Shown: positions 1 to 10,477, counted from the stretch's first letter. The stretch is 64,000 nucleotides of DNA from an uncultured Acidobacteriota bacterium (GCA_963742105.1 CAVUKN010000002.1:79702-143701), one strand, 5' to 3'. Program-made: numbers and translations. The notes: generated by a model not told the origin, from the sequence alone.

Positions 1-2
1 AC

Positions 3-581
3 AGCTCGCCGGCGCACCCGCGCCCGAATCGGCCGGAGGCGGCCGGCCGATGGTTCACGCCACACCGGCCCACGACGTCGGCATGCGGGGACGGCGCCAT
101 CGACATGCTCGCATGGGCGCTCCTCCGGCGTTATGGTGTGATCTGTCGACGACTGCTGACCCGTGAGACGCCTGGCGTGCCGTGGCGGGACCTCGTGCGC
201 GTCTACCGGCGGCTCGAAGCCCGCGGCGAGATCCGCGGCGGCCGATTCGTGAGTGGCGTTTCCGGTGAGCAGTTCGCGCTGGGCGACGCTGTCGAGCGCC
301 TGCGCGAGATCCGTCGTGCCGGCGACGACAATCGACTGATCGTCGTCAGCGGCGCGGACCCGCTGAACCTGACAGGTGTTCTCTCGGCTGGCAACCGCAT
401 CCGCGCGTCGGTCGGCACGCGGCTGGTGTACCGGAACGGCGTGGTGCTCGCGGCGATGGAAGGCGACATGCTGCGAATGCTGGCGCCATTGGAAGGCGAG
501 GACGCTGCGAGTGTCGCGGCAGCCGCGGCTGGCCGACGAGTACCGGTCATCCGCGGATATGTCGGGCGGTTCGGGCGCTGA
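3..581 (+). CDS. Lhr-like DEAD/DEAH-box helicase, C-terminal part (5' end outside window)
   Basis: Frame open from window start; AGRW, LLRRYGV, LEARGEIRGGRFVSGVSGEQFA and SGADPLNLTG motifs are typical of Lhr-family C-termini. Confidence 0.85.
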   Translation, partial: SSPAHPRPNRPEAAGRWFTPHRPTTSACGDGAIDMLAWALLRRYGVICRRLLTRETPGVPWRDLVRVYRRLEARGEIRGGRFVSGVSGEQFALGDAVERLREIRRAGDDNRLIVVSGADPLNLTGVLSAGNRIRASVGTRLVYRNGVVLAAMEGDMLRMLAPLEGEDAASVAAAAAGRRVPVIRGYVGRFGR

Positions 582-749
582 CGCGCCGCTTTAGCTCGTC
601 CATCGGAATTTCCGGATCCGCCGCTTTTCCCCCGATGGTATCCTTCCCCGGTCACTTGTTGGATCCCGCCGAGTTCCTCTGCCTGCGTCAGTATCGCTGC
701 ACGCTTCCAGTCAGCCCGCCGCTTTCCAACGTTTCAAAAGGACTGTGCG

Positions 750-1094
750 ATGAGACTTTACGTGGGAAACCTGTCATTCAACACTGAGGAGCCGCAGCTG
801 GAGCAGTTGTTCTCCTCACACGGCGCGGTGGAATCCGTGCACCTGGTGCGCGATCACGTCACCGGGCGCTCGCGAGGATTCGCGTTCGTGGAAATGCCGG
901 ATGACGATGCGGGACGTGCGGCGTGCCAGGCACTCGACCAGAAGGATTTCGAGGGTCGTCGGCTGAACGTCAACGAGGCGCGTCCCCAGGAGCGTCGAGG
1001 CGGTGGCGGCGGCTTTGGCGGGGGCGGCGGCGATCGCAACCGCGGCGGTGGCGGCGGCTTCGGCCGCGGGCCGAAACGCGAAGCGCGCTGGTAA
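750..1094 (+). CDS. RRM (RNP-1) RNA-binding protein with Gly-rich tail
   Basis: RNP-2 LYVGNL, RNP-1 RGFAFVEM, LNVNEARP, G/R-rich C-terminus; AAAGGA RBS. Confidence 0.95.
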   Translation: MRLYVGNLSFNTEEPQLEQLFSSHGAVESVHLVRDHVTGRSRGFAFVEMPDDDAGRAACQALDQKDFEGRRLNVNEARPQERRGGGGGFGGGGGDRNRGGGGGFGRGPKREARW

Positions 1095-1182
1095 CCTGAC
1101 AAGGAATGTGAGCGCTGTGCGAATGGATGCGGCGGCCTATTCAGGCAACGGCCACACAAACCGCCCATGCAACGCTCACGAT

Positions 1183-1686
1183 TTACGACTCGCGACTCCA
1201 GGGATCCGCGAGCGGCTTCGTCATCAGCACGAGGTGCGCGGGCCTGGTCAACGTCACGTGATCGTGTAAGGGCGCCGTGCCGAACGGCGCAAATCCGAAC
1301 TGCCGGTAGAAGGCCGGCAGTTCGGAACGAAGATTGACGACGCTGATATCGAGGAAGCGGCACCCCGCCGCTCGACAGTGATCTTCGACGGCCGTGATCA
1401 GAGTCCGCGCCAGTCCGCGACCCTGATGATCCGGATCCACGGCCAGCATCCCTAAATACCCGCGATCGGCTCGTACTTCCACCCACACACATGCCGCGAG
1501 CCGACCGCGGACCTGCGGATCGTCGATGGCCAGGAACCACGACCCCGTTCGGGTCATCCGGTCGCGAACCTGGTCCGGGTTCGTCCGATCGCCGTCAACG
1601 AAGAACTGCTCGACGACGTAGGCGCGGTTGATGACGCGGACGAGTTCAGGGATGTCCGCCTCTTCGGCGATCCGGATCTGCAGCAC
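1183..1686 (-). CDS. GNAT-family N-acetyltransferase
   Basis: LAVDPDHQGRGLARTL acetyl-CoA motif A; FYRQFGF motif. Confidence 0.9.
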   Translation of the reverse strand: MLQIRIAEEADIPELVRVINRAYVVEQFFVDGDRTNPDQVRDRMTRTGSWFLAIDDPQVRGRLAACVWVEVRADRGYLGMLAVDPDHQGRGLARTLITAVEDHCRAAGCRFLDISVVNLRSELPAFYRQFGFAPFGTAPLHDHVTLTRPAHLVLMTKPLADPWSRES

Positions 1687-1735
1687 TCACGTCCCGTTGG
1701 CTGACTCGTGCTTCGAACTTCGAACGTCCTGCTTC

Positions 1736-1951
1736 CTACTTCTTCTTGGCCGTCTTCTTTCGCGACGCTTTTCGCGTGCCCTTGCGCTTGGGCACCTTCG
1801 CGCCCTTCGATCGCGCTTCGGAGAGACCGATGGCAATCGCCTGCTTCCGGCTCTTCACCTTGCGTCCGGAGCCGCTCTTCAACGTCCCTTTCTTGCGGCG
1901 GCGCATCGTGCTCGCCACCCGTTTGCCAGCAGCCTTGCCGTACTTCGCCAT
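1736..1951 (-). CDS. Small basic protein, DUF6496-like
   Basis: GTLKSGSGRKVKSRKQAIAIGLSEAR motif; GGAGG RBS before MAKYG. Confidence 0.85.
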   Translation of the reverse strand: MAKYGKAAGKRVASTMRRRKKGTLKSGSGRKVKSRKQAIAIGLSEARSKGAKVPKRKGTRKASRKKTAKKK

Positions 1952-2104
1952 ATGTCCTCCCACGTCGCATCGCGAATCGCGAATAGCGAACGGCAGATGC
2001 CGATGCTAACATCCTGCCGTTCCGCCTCCATCCGTGGATATCATCTCGCTTACACGACAAGACCCGCGCCGCGACCGCTTGAAACCTGACGCCTGCGACC
2101 TCTG

Positions 2105-3483
2105 GTGCGGGTCCCGCGTTGGCAGCGCGCCGCACGTGAGCACTACCCCGGCTTTTGCCGATGTCACAGCCTCGTCGATCGACGTCGATCCGGCCGCCGC
2201 TTCGCGAAGGAGCAGGCCCTGAGCGGTCTGCGTCGTCGGTTGCGCGGGTGGCTCGGCATCGACGCCACCGAGCAACTCGCGCAGCGGACCATCGAGGTCT
2301 CCACGAGAGCCGCCGACGCGAGCGTCGTCGCCATGGAAGCCACAGCGCGCGAAGCCGGCGAATCCCGCAAGCTGACCGAACGAACCGCACGTGAGGTGCG
2401 CCGGCTCGCGCGCCAGATCGCGGTCCTCAACGGGATCGTTCAATACCAGACTGAAGCCACGACCGAGGCGCTGAAGCGGACTGGCTGGCAAAGCGAGGAG
2501 GAGACCCTCGAGCAGCGTCACCTGCAGCACGCGTTCGAGGCGATTGAGGGAACGGGGGACGTCATCGCCGGCCCCTGGACCGGCGAAGTCGGGTTCGAGC
2601 TGCTGTACTGGATCCCGTTTCTCAACTGGCTGCAGTCGCACGGCCTGGAGAGCCGGAGGCTGATCATCGTGTCGCGGGGGGAACGGCGGGGTGGTACAGC
2701 CACCTGACGTCGCGTTACATCGATCTGTTGTCGCTCATGTCACCCGAACAGCTGCGACAACGGACGACGGAGTCGCAGGAGAAGCGGAAGCAGTACGACC
2801 CGAAGCGGCCGCTCGATCAGGAGATCCTCTCGGCTATCGAGGCAGCCTACGGGGTCACCGATGCGGCGCTGGTTCATCCGGCGGCGATGTTCAGACTGTT
2901 CGGAGCGTTGTGGCGCAAGCGCGTCACGTCAAGCCTGGTCGATTCGTTTACCAGCTATCAACGGCTCGGCGATCCGCAACCGGCGCCTGCGTCACTGGGC
3001 ATTCCGGCGCCGTACGTGGCCGCAAAGTTCTATTTCAGCGACGCCTTTCCGCCCACAGACGACAACCGCGCGTTTGTGACTGACCTGCTGCGGCGCACCG
3101 GTGAGCAGATGCCCGTCGTCCTGCTCAGCACGGGCGTTCGGATCGACGATCACGCCGACTTCGCGGGCATCGCAGCGCCGAACCTTCATATCGTCGATAC
3201 CGGCGATGAGCCGCAGAAGAACCTCGAGCGGCAGACCGCGATCATCCGTGGGGCATCAGGATTCATCGGCACCTATGGCGGCTTCTCGTACCTCGCACCG
3301 TTCTATGGCGTCCGTTCGGTCTCGTTCTTCTCGCGCCGCAGCTTCGAATCTCATCACCTGGAACTGGCCCATCGTGTCTTCGATAAGCTGCTGCCCGGTG
3401 GTTTCGTCGCGCTGGATCGACGGGCGATCGACTCGGTCGCGCCGGCGATGGATCGGTGGAAGCAAGGGAGTCGTGATTCTTGA
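2105..3483 (+). CDS. Hypothetical protein, possibly glycosyltransferase-like; one gene split by a frameshift near 2676-2681
   Basis: GPWTGEVGFELLYWIPFL...IIVSRG continues as GTAGWYSHLTSRYIDLLSLMSPEQL if one G is added to the G run; C-terminal FIGTYGGFSYLAPFYG; start uncertain (may be near 2219). Confidence 0.6.
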
Positions 3484-3537
3484 ATCGTGAATCGTGAATC
3501 GTGAATCGTGAATCGTGATTCACGGTTCACGGTTCAC
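3471..3537. repeat. Heptamer tandem repeat (TGAATCG)x5 plus TTCACGG copies
   Basis: Directly visible between convergent genes. Confidence 0.9.
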
Positions 3538-3539
3538 CC

Positions 3540-4160
3540 CTATCGTCCGGGGGTAGGCGTCGGATCCCAGCACAGCGTCGGCTGCCCTATCCGCATCGTC
3601 GGCTTCACGATCGTCTGCGGGACCTGTGGCTTCGTCGGCGGAGCGGGATTGGTTCTGTCGCTGAAGGGCATCGCCTGCGGTGGACGCACACCGGGCACGA
3701 CAATCTTGGGATCGACGTTGGACGGCGTGATCATCGTCAGGCCGCAGACCACGCGGCGCGCCGGACCTGCCGGCGCCGGATCGGCGGCCGCGTTTCCCCG
3801 ATTCGACGGTTGTAATTGCACGTCCAACCGGAATTCATCGCCGCCGCCGCCAATCTCCAGGTCGCGAATCGCGGAACCGAAACCGGACAGCCTGGCGGTC
3901 AATACATACACACCCGGAACGACGCGCTCGAAGCGGTAGGTGCCGTCGTTTCCGGTAGTCACCGTTCGGACCGAACCGTTTGCCGCGGGCAGACTCAGCT
4001 CGACCGTCGCTCCCGGCAGAGGTCGGCCACTCTGGTCCGCGACCGTCCCGAGCAGGGTGTGCGACTGAACAAGCTGTCGGCCAGGCGCGCCGGCGGCAAC
4101 GAGGCCGGCCGCAGCAACCACAAGAATGGCGGCCGAGAGCACGATCCATCGGGCCGACAT
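3540..4160 (-). CDS. Secreted carboxypeptidase-regulatory-like domain protein with Pro-rich tail
   Basis: Signal peptide; GTVADQSGRPLPGATV...GTYRFERVVPGVYVLTARLSGF. Confidence 0.8.
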   Translation of the reverse strand: MSARWIVLSAAILVVAAAGLVAAGAPGRQLVQSHTLLGTVADQSGRPLPGATVELSLPAANGSVRTVTTGNDGTYRFERVVPGVYVLTARLSGFGSAIRDLEIGGGGDEFRLDVQLQPSNRGNAAADPAPAGPARRVVCGLTMITPSNVDPKIVVPGVRPPQAMPFSDRTNPAPPTKPQVPQTIVKPTMRIGQPTLCWDPTPTPGR

Positions 4161-4216
4161 GATGCACCTCCCTGCGATTAGACGGCCGGCCGGTCCACTT
4201 AGCTGGAAGTCGTCGG

Positions 4217-4273
4217 CCAGCCACCAGCTACCGGCTACCGGCTACCGAGCTACCAGCTACCAGCTACCGGCTA
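4217..4273. repeat. Heptamer tandem repeat (GCTACCR)n
   Basis: About 8 visible copies between divergent genes. Confidence 0.9.
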
Positions 4274-4295
4274 GAGACGCGTGTAGTATCCCGGC

Positions 4296-5660
4296 GTGTC
4301 CCTCGCTGCCCTTTCTTTAGCCGCTCTCGTCGCCGCCCTTGTCGTCAGCTGCGTGTCGCAGCTCAACATCGGCGTCCTCGCCATCGTGCTGGCCTGGCTC
4401 GTCGGCGTCTATGCGGGGGGGATGCGCGTCGAGCAGGTGCTGGCCGGTTTTCCGGTCTCTCTGTTCGTGACGTTGGTCGGTGTGACATTGCTCTTCGCGC
4501 AGGCGCAGGCCAACGGCACGCTCGAACAGCTCGCACGCCGGGCCGTTCAACTGTGCCGCGGCATCCCCGGGCTCATTCCGATCATGTTCTTCGGCCTGAC
4601 CGCAGCGCTGTCGTCGAGCGGTCCGGGAAACATCGCCGCCACGGCGCTGATGGCGCCGCTGGGTATGGCAGCCGCAGGACGATTTCAGATTCCGCCGTTC
4701 CTGATGGCGATCATGATCGCCAACGGTGCAAGTGCCGGCTCCGTATCGCCGATCGCGCCCACCGGAGTCATCGTCAATCAACTGGTCGCCAAGCTGGGAT
4801 TGCCGGATGCGCGCTGGACGATCTATGTCAACAACCTGCTAGCGCACGCCGCCGTAGCGCTGGCCGGTTACTTCCTGCTCGGGGGGCTCGTACTCCTGCG
4901 CCGGGGAGTCAGGCCAGCTCCGCCCGTGGCTGTATACGGTGCCGCTGGCGGGGGCAGCACGACCCAACCGAGGATCGACGACTTTGCGGATCGAACGCCG
5001 GACCCGGAGCCGGCGATTAGCGAACGTTCAGCTGATCACGGCAGTCATTCCGCAATGAATTTTGGCTGGCAGCACTGGCTGACGATCGCCGTTATCGCCG
5101 CGTTGATCATCGGAGCCATTGCGTTCAACGTGAACGTGGGCATGGCCGCGCTGATCGGCGCCCTGGTCCTGACGGTCGCGCGTGCCGCCGATGAACGCGC
5201 CGCGTTCAAGGCGATGCCGTGGAACGTCATCGTCATGGTCACCGGCGTGACGGTTCTGGTCGCCTTGCTCGAAAAAACCGGCGGCATGGACCTGTTCGCC
5301 CGGTTCATCGGCAACCTTGCCACGCCCGCAACGTTGACGCCGTTTACTGCCTTCTTCACCGGCCTGGTCTCGATCTACAGCAGCACGACAGGCGTGGTCC
5401 TGCCCGCCATGCTGCCGATCGTGCCGGGACTGATTCAACATGCCGGTGGCGGCAACCCGATGGCGCTCGTCTCGTCGATGGTCGTCGGCGGGCATCTCGT
5501 CGACGTCTCACCGCTGTCAACACTCGGCGCCTTGTGCCTGGCGTCCGCGCCGCCGGGAACCGATACGCGGCGGCTGTTCAACCAGCTACTCGCGTGGGGA
5601 GTTTCGATGACGATCGTCGCGGCGGTCGTCTGCTGGATCTTTTTCGGCCTGCTCGAATGA
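4296..5660 (+). CDS. IT-superfamily (SLC13/CitMHS-like) di/tricarboxylate transporter
   Basis: About 12 hydrophobic helices; SPIAPTG and VDVSPLSTLGAL motifs. Confidence 0.8.
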   Translation: MSLAALSLAALVAALVVSCVSQLNIGVLAIVLAWLVGVYAGGMRVEQVLAGFPVSLFVTLVGVTLLFAQAQANGTLEQLARRAVQLCRGIPGLIPIMFFGLTAALSSSGPGNIAATALMAPLGMAAAGRFQIPPFLMAIMIANGASAGSVSPIAPTGVIVNQLVAKLGLPDARWTIYVNNLLAHAAVALAGYFLLGGLVLLRRGVRPAPPVAVYGAAGGGSTTQPRIDDFADRTPDPEPAISERSADHGSHSAMNFGWQHWLTIAVIAALIIGAIAFNVNVGMAALIGALVLTVARAADERAAFKAMPWNVIVMVTGVTVLVALLEKTGGMDLFARFIGNLATPATLTPFTAFFTGLVSIYSSTTGVVLPAMLPIVPGLIQHAGGGNPMALVSSMVVGGHLVDVSPLSTLGALCLASAPPGTDTRRLFNQLLAWGVSMTIVAAVVCWIFFGLLE

Positions 5661-5744
5661 TCGAGACTTTATTGTCCGCGGGTCTTTGCTGTGCTGACGA
5701 CCTCATGAGAGTTCCGCGTGCTGAAACAGGCGTAGAGTGTTGAC

Positions 5745-6248
5745 GTGGGATTCGCCCCGCGTTCGAGCCGCCTTCTGGCGCTGCTTGCGTGCCTGGCCAC
5801 GGTCGGCTGCGACCGCGTCACCAAACATGCGGCCGTCACGCTGCTGGCCGACGCACAGGACCGATCGTTTCTGGCCGACACCGTCCGCCTGTCGTACGCG
5901 GAGAACACCGGCGGGTTCCTGAGTCTCGGCGCCGACCTCCCGGTCGAGCGTCGGCTGGTCGTGTTCACCATCATCACCGGCGTGCTGCTGGTGACCCTCG
6001 CGGCGGCGGCGATTCACCGCCGCTGGGCCGGGGCGCGACTCCTCGGTGCTGCACTGATTGTCAGCGGCGGCGCATCCAACTGGATCGATCGCGTCGCCGT
6101 CGGCTCGGTCGTCGACTTCCTCAACCTCGGGATTGGCCCCGTGCGGACGGGAATCTTCAATGTCGCTGACGTGGCGATCATGGCCGGAGTCGTGCTGCTG
6201 ATGGTCGCCGCCCGGACCTCGCCTGGAGAGATAGTCACCAAGGACTGA
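5745..6248 (+). CDS. lspA: Lipoprotein signal peptidase II
   Basis: ENTGGFLSLG, GGASNWIDR, VVDFL, IFNVADVAI motifs. Confidence 0.9.
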   Translation: MGFAPRSSRLLALLACLATVGCDRVTKHAAVTLLADAQDRSFLADTVRLSYAENTGGFLSLGADLPVERRLVVFTIITGVLLVTLAAAAIHRRWAGARLLGAALIVSGGASNWIDRVAVGSVVDFLNLGIGPVRTGIFNVADVAIMAGVVLLMVAARTSPGEIVTKD

Positions 6249-6267
6249 CGCACATGTCGATACAGCA

Positions 6268-7023
6268 ATGGCGGGCGGGGTGAGCGGCCACGGTGTCCTG
6301 GGGATGCTGACAGCATTCGCCATCGCCGCGTGGTCCTCGCCAGCAGCAGCCGCGGCGCAGCAGGCGCAGATCGCGAACCTGACCGGGACCGTCTACGATC
6401 CGAACGGACAGCCGGCGGAGAACCTGCTGCTGATGCTCGTCGGACGCGACTCGGACGTGTCGGTGAATGTGCGCAGCGACGGCGATGGACGTTTCCGCGT
6501 GACATCGATTCCACCAGGCCGATACCTGCTGCGCACGCCGGTGACGGATCTGCTGTCCCCGGCGGTGGTGGAGATGACCACGGGTGAGAACAGTGTCGAA
6601 GCCCACATGGAGCTTGACGATACCGCCGTGCTGATTCGCGTCTGTCGAGAGTGCAAGCCTGCCGAATACCGGCTGCCGGACGCGATCACGCACGAGTTCA
6701 CCGATCAACATGACGAGCTGTCGGCGGCGATCCTGCGGCGCGCCGAGCCCGAGGAGGGCTGGGACGCATTCAACCAGCGCCCGTATCCGTATCCGCCGGC
6801 GATGAAGAATTCGAAGCTGGAAGGATCAGTCGAGATCAGGGGGATGATCGCCATCGACGGCGGGAGCAGCGATCTGGAGGTCGTCTCGTCGACCGACCGC
6901 CGCCTGACCGATTCGGCAATGCAGCTCGCGCAGCAGCTGCGCTGGCATCCGGCACGCCTCCGCTCGACAGCAGTCCGGGTGCCGCTGCGTGTGACCGTCG
7001 AGTTCTCGATCTACGGCGATTGA
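6268..7023 (+). CDS. Carboxypeptidase-regulatory-like domain + TonB C-terminal domain protein
   Basis: Signal peptide; GTVYDPNG...PPGRY; YPPAMK...EGSVEI...WHPA TonB_C-like motif. Confidence 0.75.
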   Translation: MAGGVSGHGVLGMLTAFAIAAWSSPAAAAAQQAQIANLTGTVYDPNGQPAENLLLMLVGRDSDVSVNVRSDGDGRFRVTSIPPGRYLLRTPVTDLLSPAVVEMTTGENSVEAHMELDDTAVLIRVCRECKPAEYRLPDAITHEFTDQHDELSAAILRRAEPEEGWDAFNQRPYPYPPAMKNSKLEGSVEIRGMIAIDGGSSDLEVVSSTDRRLTDSAMQLAQQLRWHPARLRSTAVRVPLRVTVEFSIYGD

Positions 7024-7122
7024 GAGTGTGATGCGCGAGAGAGCTCCGCATCGCGACGAGGGTGAAAAAGAAAACGGCCGGCTGCTCTCGCAACCGGCCG
7101 TCGTATCCAACAGGACCGCGCG

Positions 7123-7545
7123 TTACTGCTGTTGCTGCTGCGCTGCTTCACGCTGCGCGGTGCCGCCGGCGAACATGCGACGACCGTCAGCGGTGGTGAT
7201 GGTGGCGTTGCCGACGTTGGTGGAATCCTCACGCTTCGCGCGGATGCCCTTGACCGACACCTGCTCGCCGACCTTCAGCGTGTCCTTGCGCCAGCCCGAG
7301 CGGTACAGAGCGTTCGGTGCGCCGCCCTCGACGCGATAGACGATGGTCTTCCCGTCCGCGCCTTTCGTTTCCACCTGGGTGTAGATGTGCGGGTTCGTCC
7401 ACTCCACCTTCTTGACGGTGCCGGTGAACTCGACCGGCTTGCTGGTATCGAATTCCGCTGACACGGAATGGTGTGCACGCGCCGGCGTCACGGCGACGAT
7501 GGTGCCGAACGCCAGTACGGCGAGCCCAGAAATGAGCTTCTTCAT
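7123..7545 (-). CDS. DUF6152-family secreted protein
   Basis: Signal peptide then AHHSVSAEFD; VEWTNPH; LKVGEQVSVKG. Confidence 0.85.
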   Translation of the reverse strand: MKKLISGLAVLAFGTIVAVTPARAHHSVSAEFDTSKPVEFTGTVKKVEWTNPHIYTQVETKGADGKTIVYRVEGGAPNALYRSGWRKDTLKVGEQVSVKGIRAKREDSTNVGNATITTADGRRMFAGGTAQREAAQQQQQ

Positions 7546-7554
7546 AGATCCCTG

Positions 7555-7971
7555 CTATTTCCCTACTGTTGCGCCTGCGCGCCGCCGCGTGCCCGCGAAC
7601 ATCCGACGGCCATCCGCTGTGGTGATGGTGGCCTGCCCGACGTTCAGCGAATCGTCGCGCTTCGCACGAATTCCCTTTACGGTGACTTCCTCGCCGACCT
7701 TCAGCGAGTCCTTGCGCCAGCCCTGACGGAACAGCGAGTTCGGCGGTCCACCTTCGACGCGGTAGACAACCGTCTTGCCGTCGGGCGTCTTGGTTTCGAC
7801 CGACGTATAGATGTGCGGGTTCGTCCAGTCGACTTTCTTGATCGTTCCCTTGAATTCGATCGGCTTGCTCGTGTCGAACTCCGCCGCGACCGAGTGATGA
7901 GCCCTTGCCGTGGCCGCACCAACGATCATCGCGACGACGGCAACGAACAGGACCGAGGCTTTACGTGCCAT
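7555..7971 (-). CDS. DUF6152-family secreted protein (tandem paralog)
   Basis: AHHSVAAEFD, VDWTNPH; mature region very similar to 7123-7545; GGAGG RBS. Confidence 0.85.
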   Translation of the reverse strand: MARKASVLFVAVVAMIVGAATARAHHSVAAEFDTSKPIEFKGTIKKVDWTNPHIYTSVETKTPDGKTVVYRVEGGPPNSLFRQGWRKDSLKVGEEVTVKGIRAKRDDSLNVGQATITTADGRRMFAGTRRRAGATVGK

Positions 7972-8015
7972 TGAAATTCCTCCCTGCATGAATCGCACGC
8001 GGACCGAATCCGCTA

Positions 8016-8966
8016 TCAATAATCGTCCTCCGGTGGGGTCCACCGCTTGATCGCGCCGCTCAGAATATTGTCGAGATTATTCTCCTCGCACGAATATTCC
8101 ATGATGACATCGCCCGCCGGCTTGATGCGCCAGGTGCGGACGTTCATCCAATCCTGCGTGTAGGTCAGCGGGTCGTGCACGGTGACGGTGTGCTCGATCG
8201 TGTTCGAGTCCGTCCGCTTCAAGGTGTTGGTCATCACCAAGTCCTTGCTGTGCGGATGACCTGACGTGTCGAGGCGCGTGTAGCCGTTGAATCCCTTGGT
8301 CTCGATGATCAAGGTGTCGCCGTCCCATCGGCCGGTCGAGATACCGTTCCAGCTCTCCGGGATGTCGGCCGGCCACTTGAAGGCAGGGTTGGTCGGGACC
8401 CAGTGGAACCAGGTGTTCTGCTCGAACATGATTGCCAGCGCGTCGTTGTTCTGCACCATCTGCAGGCCGTGCGGCGAGTTGATGTTGCGAGACATCCCGA
8501 ACGGCAGGCAGGTGCCGGCATAGTCACCCTTGTTGACCGGGTCGTATTCCTTCCAATGCTTCAGGCCCTTCTCGGTGTAGGGCAGGTCGTAGGTACGGGC
8601 GCCCCGACCGGTTGCCGAGGCCCGCGCATCCGCCAGCGGCTCACCCATGCGCGCGAACTGCAGCGGCATGCGCGTCTTGGGATCGAGCACCGATCCGCGC
8701 GCCGCCATGTCGGGCGTGTAGGGGTTGTTCCAGTGGCCGCTCATATCCGGCTTGCCGTTCGGCAGGCGTGGCGTTGGACCCGCTGGCGGCAGGTTCGCCG
8801 CACCGCGACCACCACCGCGGGCACCACCTCCAGCCGGTGCCCCTTGCGCCCCCTGCGCACCCGGGGCCGCGCCACCCTCGCGCTGCGCCAGCGTCAGCAC
8901 CGGCGTAACGGCCATCGCCGCCACGATCGCCGCCCACATCAGGCCCTGATTTAAACGAGTGCTCAC
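8016..8966 (-). CDS. Conserved secreted hypothetical protein, usual partner of DUF6152 genes
   Basis: PRLPNGKPDMSGHW, CLPFG, GISTGRWDGDTLIIET, IMEYSCEENN; GTG start after GGGAG. Confidence 0.8.
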   Translation of the reverse strand: MSTRLNQGLMWAAIVAAMAVTPVLTLAQREGGAAPGAQGAQGAPAGGGARGGGRGAANLPPAGPTPRLPNGKPDMSGHWNNPYTPDMAARGSVLDPKTRMPLQFARMGEPLADARASATGRGARTYDLPYTEKGLKHWKEYDPVNKGDYAGTCLPFGMSRNINSPHGLQMVQNNDALAIMFEQNTWFHWVPTNPAFKWPADIPESWNGISTGRWDGDTLIIETKGFNGYTRLDTSGHPHSKDLVMTNTLKRTDSNTIEHTVTVHDPLTYTQDWMNVRTWRIKPAGDVIMEYSCEENNLDNILSGAIKRWTPPEDDY

Positions 8967-9345
8967 GGTCAATCTCCCTGAAGAATCCACCCGGATCGGG
9001 ACGCGCCACGGACGCCGCCCCAGATATCTGTAACGCGTGAGGATAATCCGTGCATGAGCGAAGGGCAAGACGATTGCACGGCCGCGCCGCCGATTGCTTG
9101 AGAAATGGCTTGTCTCGGCCATCTCATTGATTCTACAGATGTTGGCCCGCCTGGGCTGTCCGCCGCAGGTCGTCCGCCGATTTCACATCTGCACCTTCTT
9201 CGACCGTCTGACGGGTCGGAACCCTCCCGAGACGGCGCGGACCTGACAAAACGCCGACACCATCCTCGAAACTTCCCTACCGAGTTCGGTCCCGAGGGCT
9301 CGACCTGAGCCTTTGGGAGTCGGGCCGTCGTCAGCCGTTTCGGAG

Positions 9346-9867
9346 TTAGGCGTCATCACCGCCTGCGAGAAACGAGGCTGGGAAGAGATGGGCACTCCCG
9401 TCCATGTTTCCGGTTTCTGAATACCGCAGTGGCGTGCCGTCGGGTTTAAGGAGGTCGCCCGCGACCACGTGCGCGACCACGATGATGTGATCCCCCGCTG
9501 GAAGGTGCCGGTCGACGTGACAGCCAAGCCATGACACGGCGTCCGGCAGCACGACGAAACCTTCCGGCCCGGTGTTCGTGCGCACGCCAGAGAACTTGTC
9601 GAGCTCGCGTCCCGAGGTCAGGCCGAAATGACGCGCCACCTCCAGCTGACTCGAGTCGAGCACATTGACCGCAAACCGACGGCCCGCCTCGATCAGCGGC
9701 CAGGTGGCATTGTGCGGATTGACGCTGACCGCGAGGAGCAAAGGAGCGAACGACACCTGCATCACCCATGCGGCCGTGAATCCGCCCTGCGTCCCCTCGT
9801 GCGAGGCGGTCACGACGTAGACGCCGGTGGTGAGACGACGGAACAGTTCGACGGGAGGCGCGGGCAC
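9346..9867 (-). CDS. Flavin reductase-like protein
   Basis: TGVYVVT, QVSFAPLL, FAVNVL, DKF, AGDHIIVVA. Confidence 0.9.
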   Translation of the reverse strand: MPAPPVELFRRLTTGVYVVTASHEGTQGGFTAAWVMQVSFAPLLLAVSVNPHNATWPLIEAGRRFAVNVLDSSQLEVARHFGLTSGRELDKFSGVRTNTGPEGFVVLPDAVSWLGCHVDRHLPAGDHIIVVAHVVAGDLLKPDGTPLRYSETGNMDGSAHLFPASFLAGGDDA

Positions 9868-9885
9868 GGAGAAATCTTAACGATT

Positions 9886-10037
9886 CTTGATTCTGATTCT
9901 GACTGATTCGTGATTCGTGATTGGGATTCGCCTTGGGTTTCCGGAGGGCTCGCGCATAATCCTCGTGAATGTTGCTCTGCCGTCTGCTGCGAGGCACTGT
10001 CGCGTCCGTCCGATTCACGAATCACGAATCACGAATC
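9886..10037. repeat. Inverted heptamer arrays (GATTCGT)n at 9886-9929 and (ACGAATC)n at 10011-10037
   Basis: Directly visible, flanking a divergent intergenic core. Confidence 0.85.
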
Positions 10038-10049
10038 CAAGGAGCCGCC

Positions 10050-10451
10050 ATGTCTGACCGCTATCTCCGCATCGTGCTCACCATCATCGCCGTTGAACTG
10101 GGGTGGCTGGGCGTCAAGGACGTGATGCCGACGGTTGCCTCCGCGCAGGCGCAGCCGGCGGCGACGCGAGTTGTGATCACCGGCGTCGATCTACCGACGC
10201 GGACCCAGTTTCTTCCGGTTGCCGTCGCCGGCAGCGTTCGCGGCGTGACCGTTCCGCAGTGGGCGCAAGCGGACGCCCTGCACGTCGAACCAGGCGAGCG
10301 CGGCTTCCGTGTGGAGTCCGGCGATCGGCCGCTGCGCGTCGAGGTCAGCGGTCCGGTGAATGCACGCGTCGTCGAGCCGATCCATGTCGACACGTCACAA
10401 CCCCTCGACGTGCGCGGCGTGGTCCAGACGTCAGCACGGCCGGGCATATAG
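10050..10451 (+). CDS. Hypothetical membrane-anchored protein
   Basis: AAGGAG RBS; DRYLRIVLTIIAVEL N-terminal hydrophobic segment. Confidence 0.7.
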   Translation: MSDRYLRIVLTIIAVELGWLGVKDVMPTVASAQAQPAATRVVITGVDLPTRTQFLPVAVAGSVRGVTVPQWAQADALHVEPGERGFRVESGDRPLRVEVSGPVNARVVEPIHVDTSQPLDVRGVVQTSARPGI

Positions 10452-10477
10452 GGCGTTCCGACGGAATGTTCTGACCG

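Noticed and set aside
2034..2222. 62-aa ORF as a leader or precursor peptide
   Set aside because: No recognisable motif or modifying enzyme nearby; the stop-codon overlap alone is insufficient.
9180..9340. Possible structured ncRNA (several hairpins)
   Set aside because: No family recognised; hairpins are expected at this GC content and partly explained by a REP half-copy.
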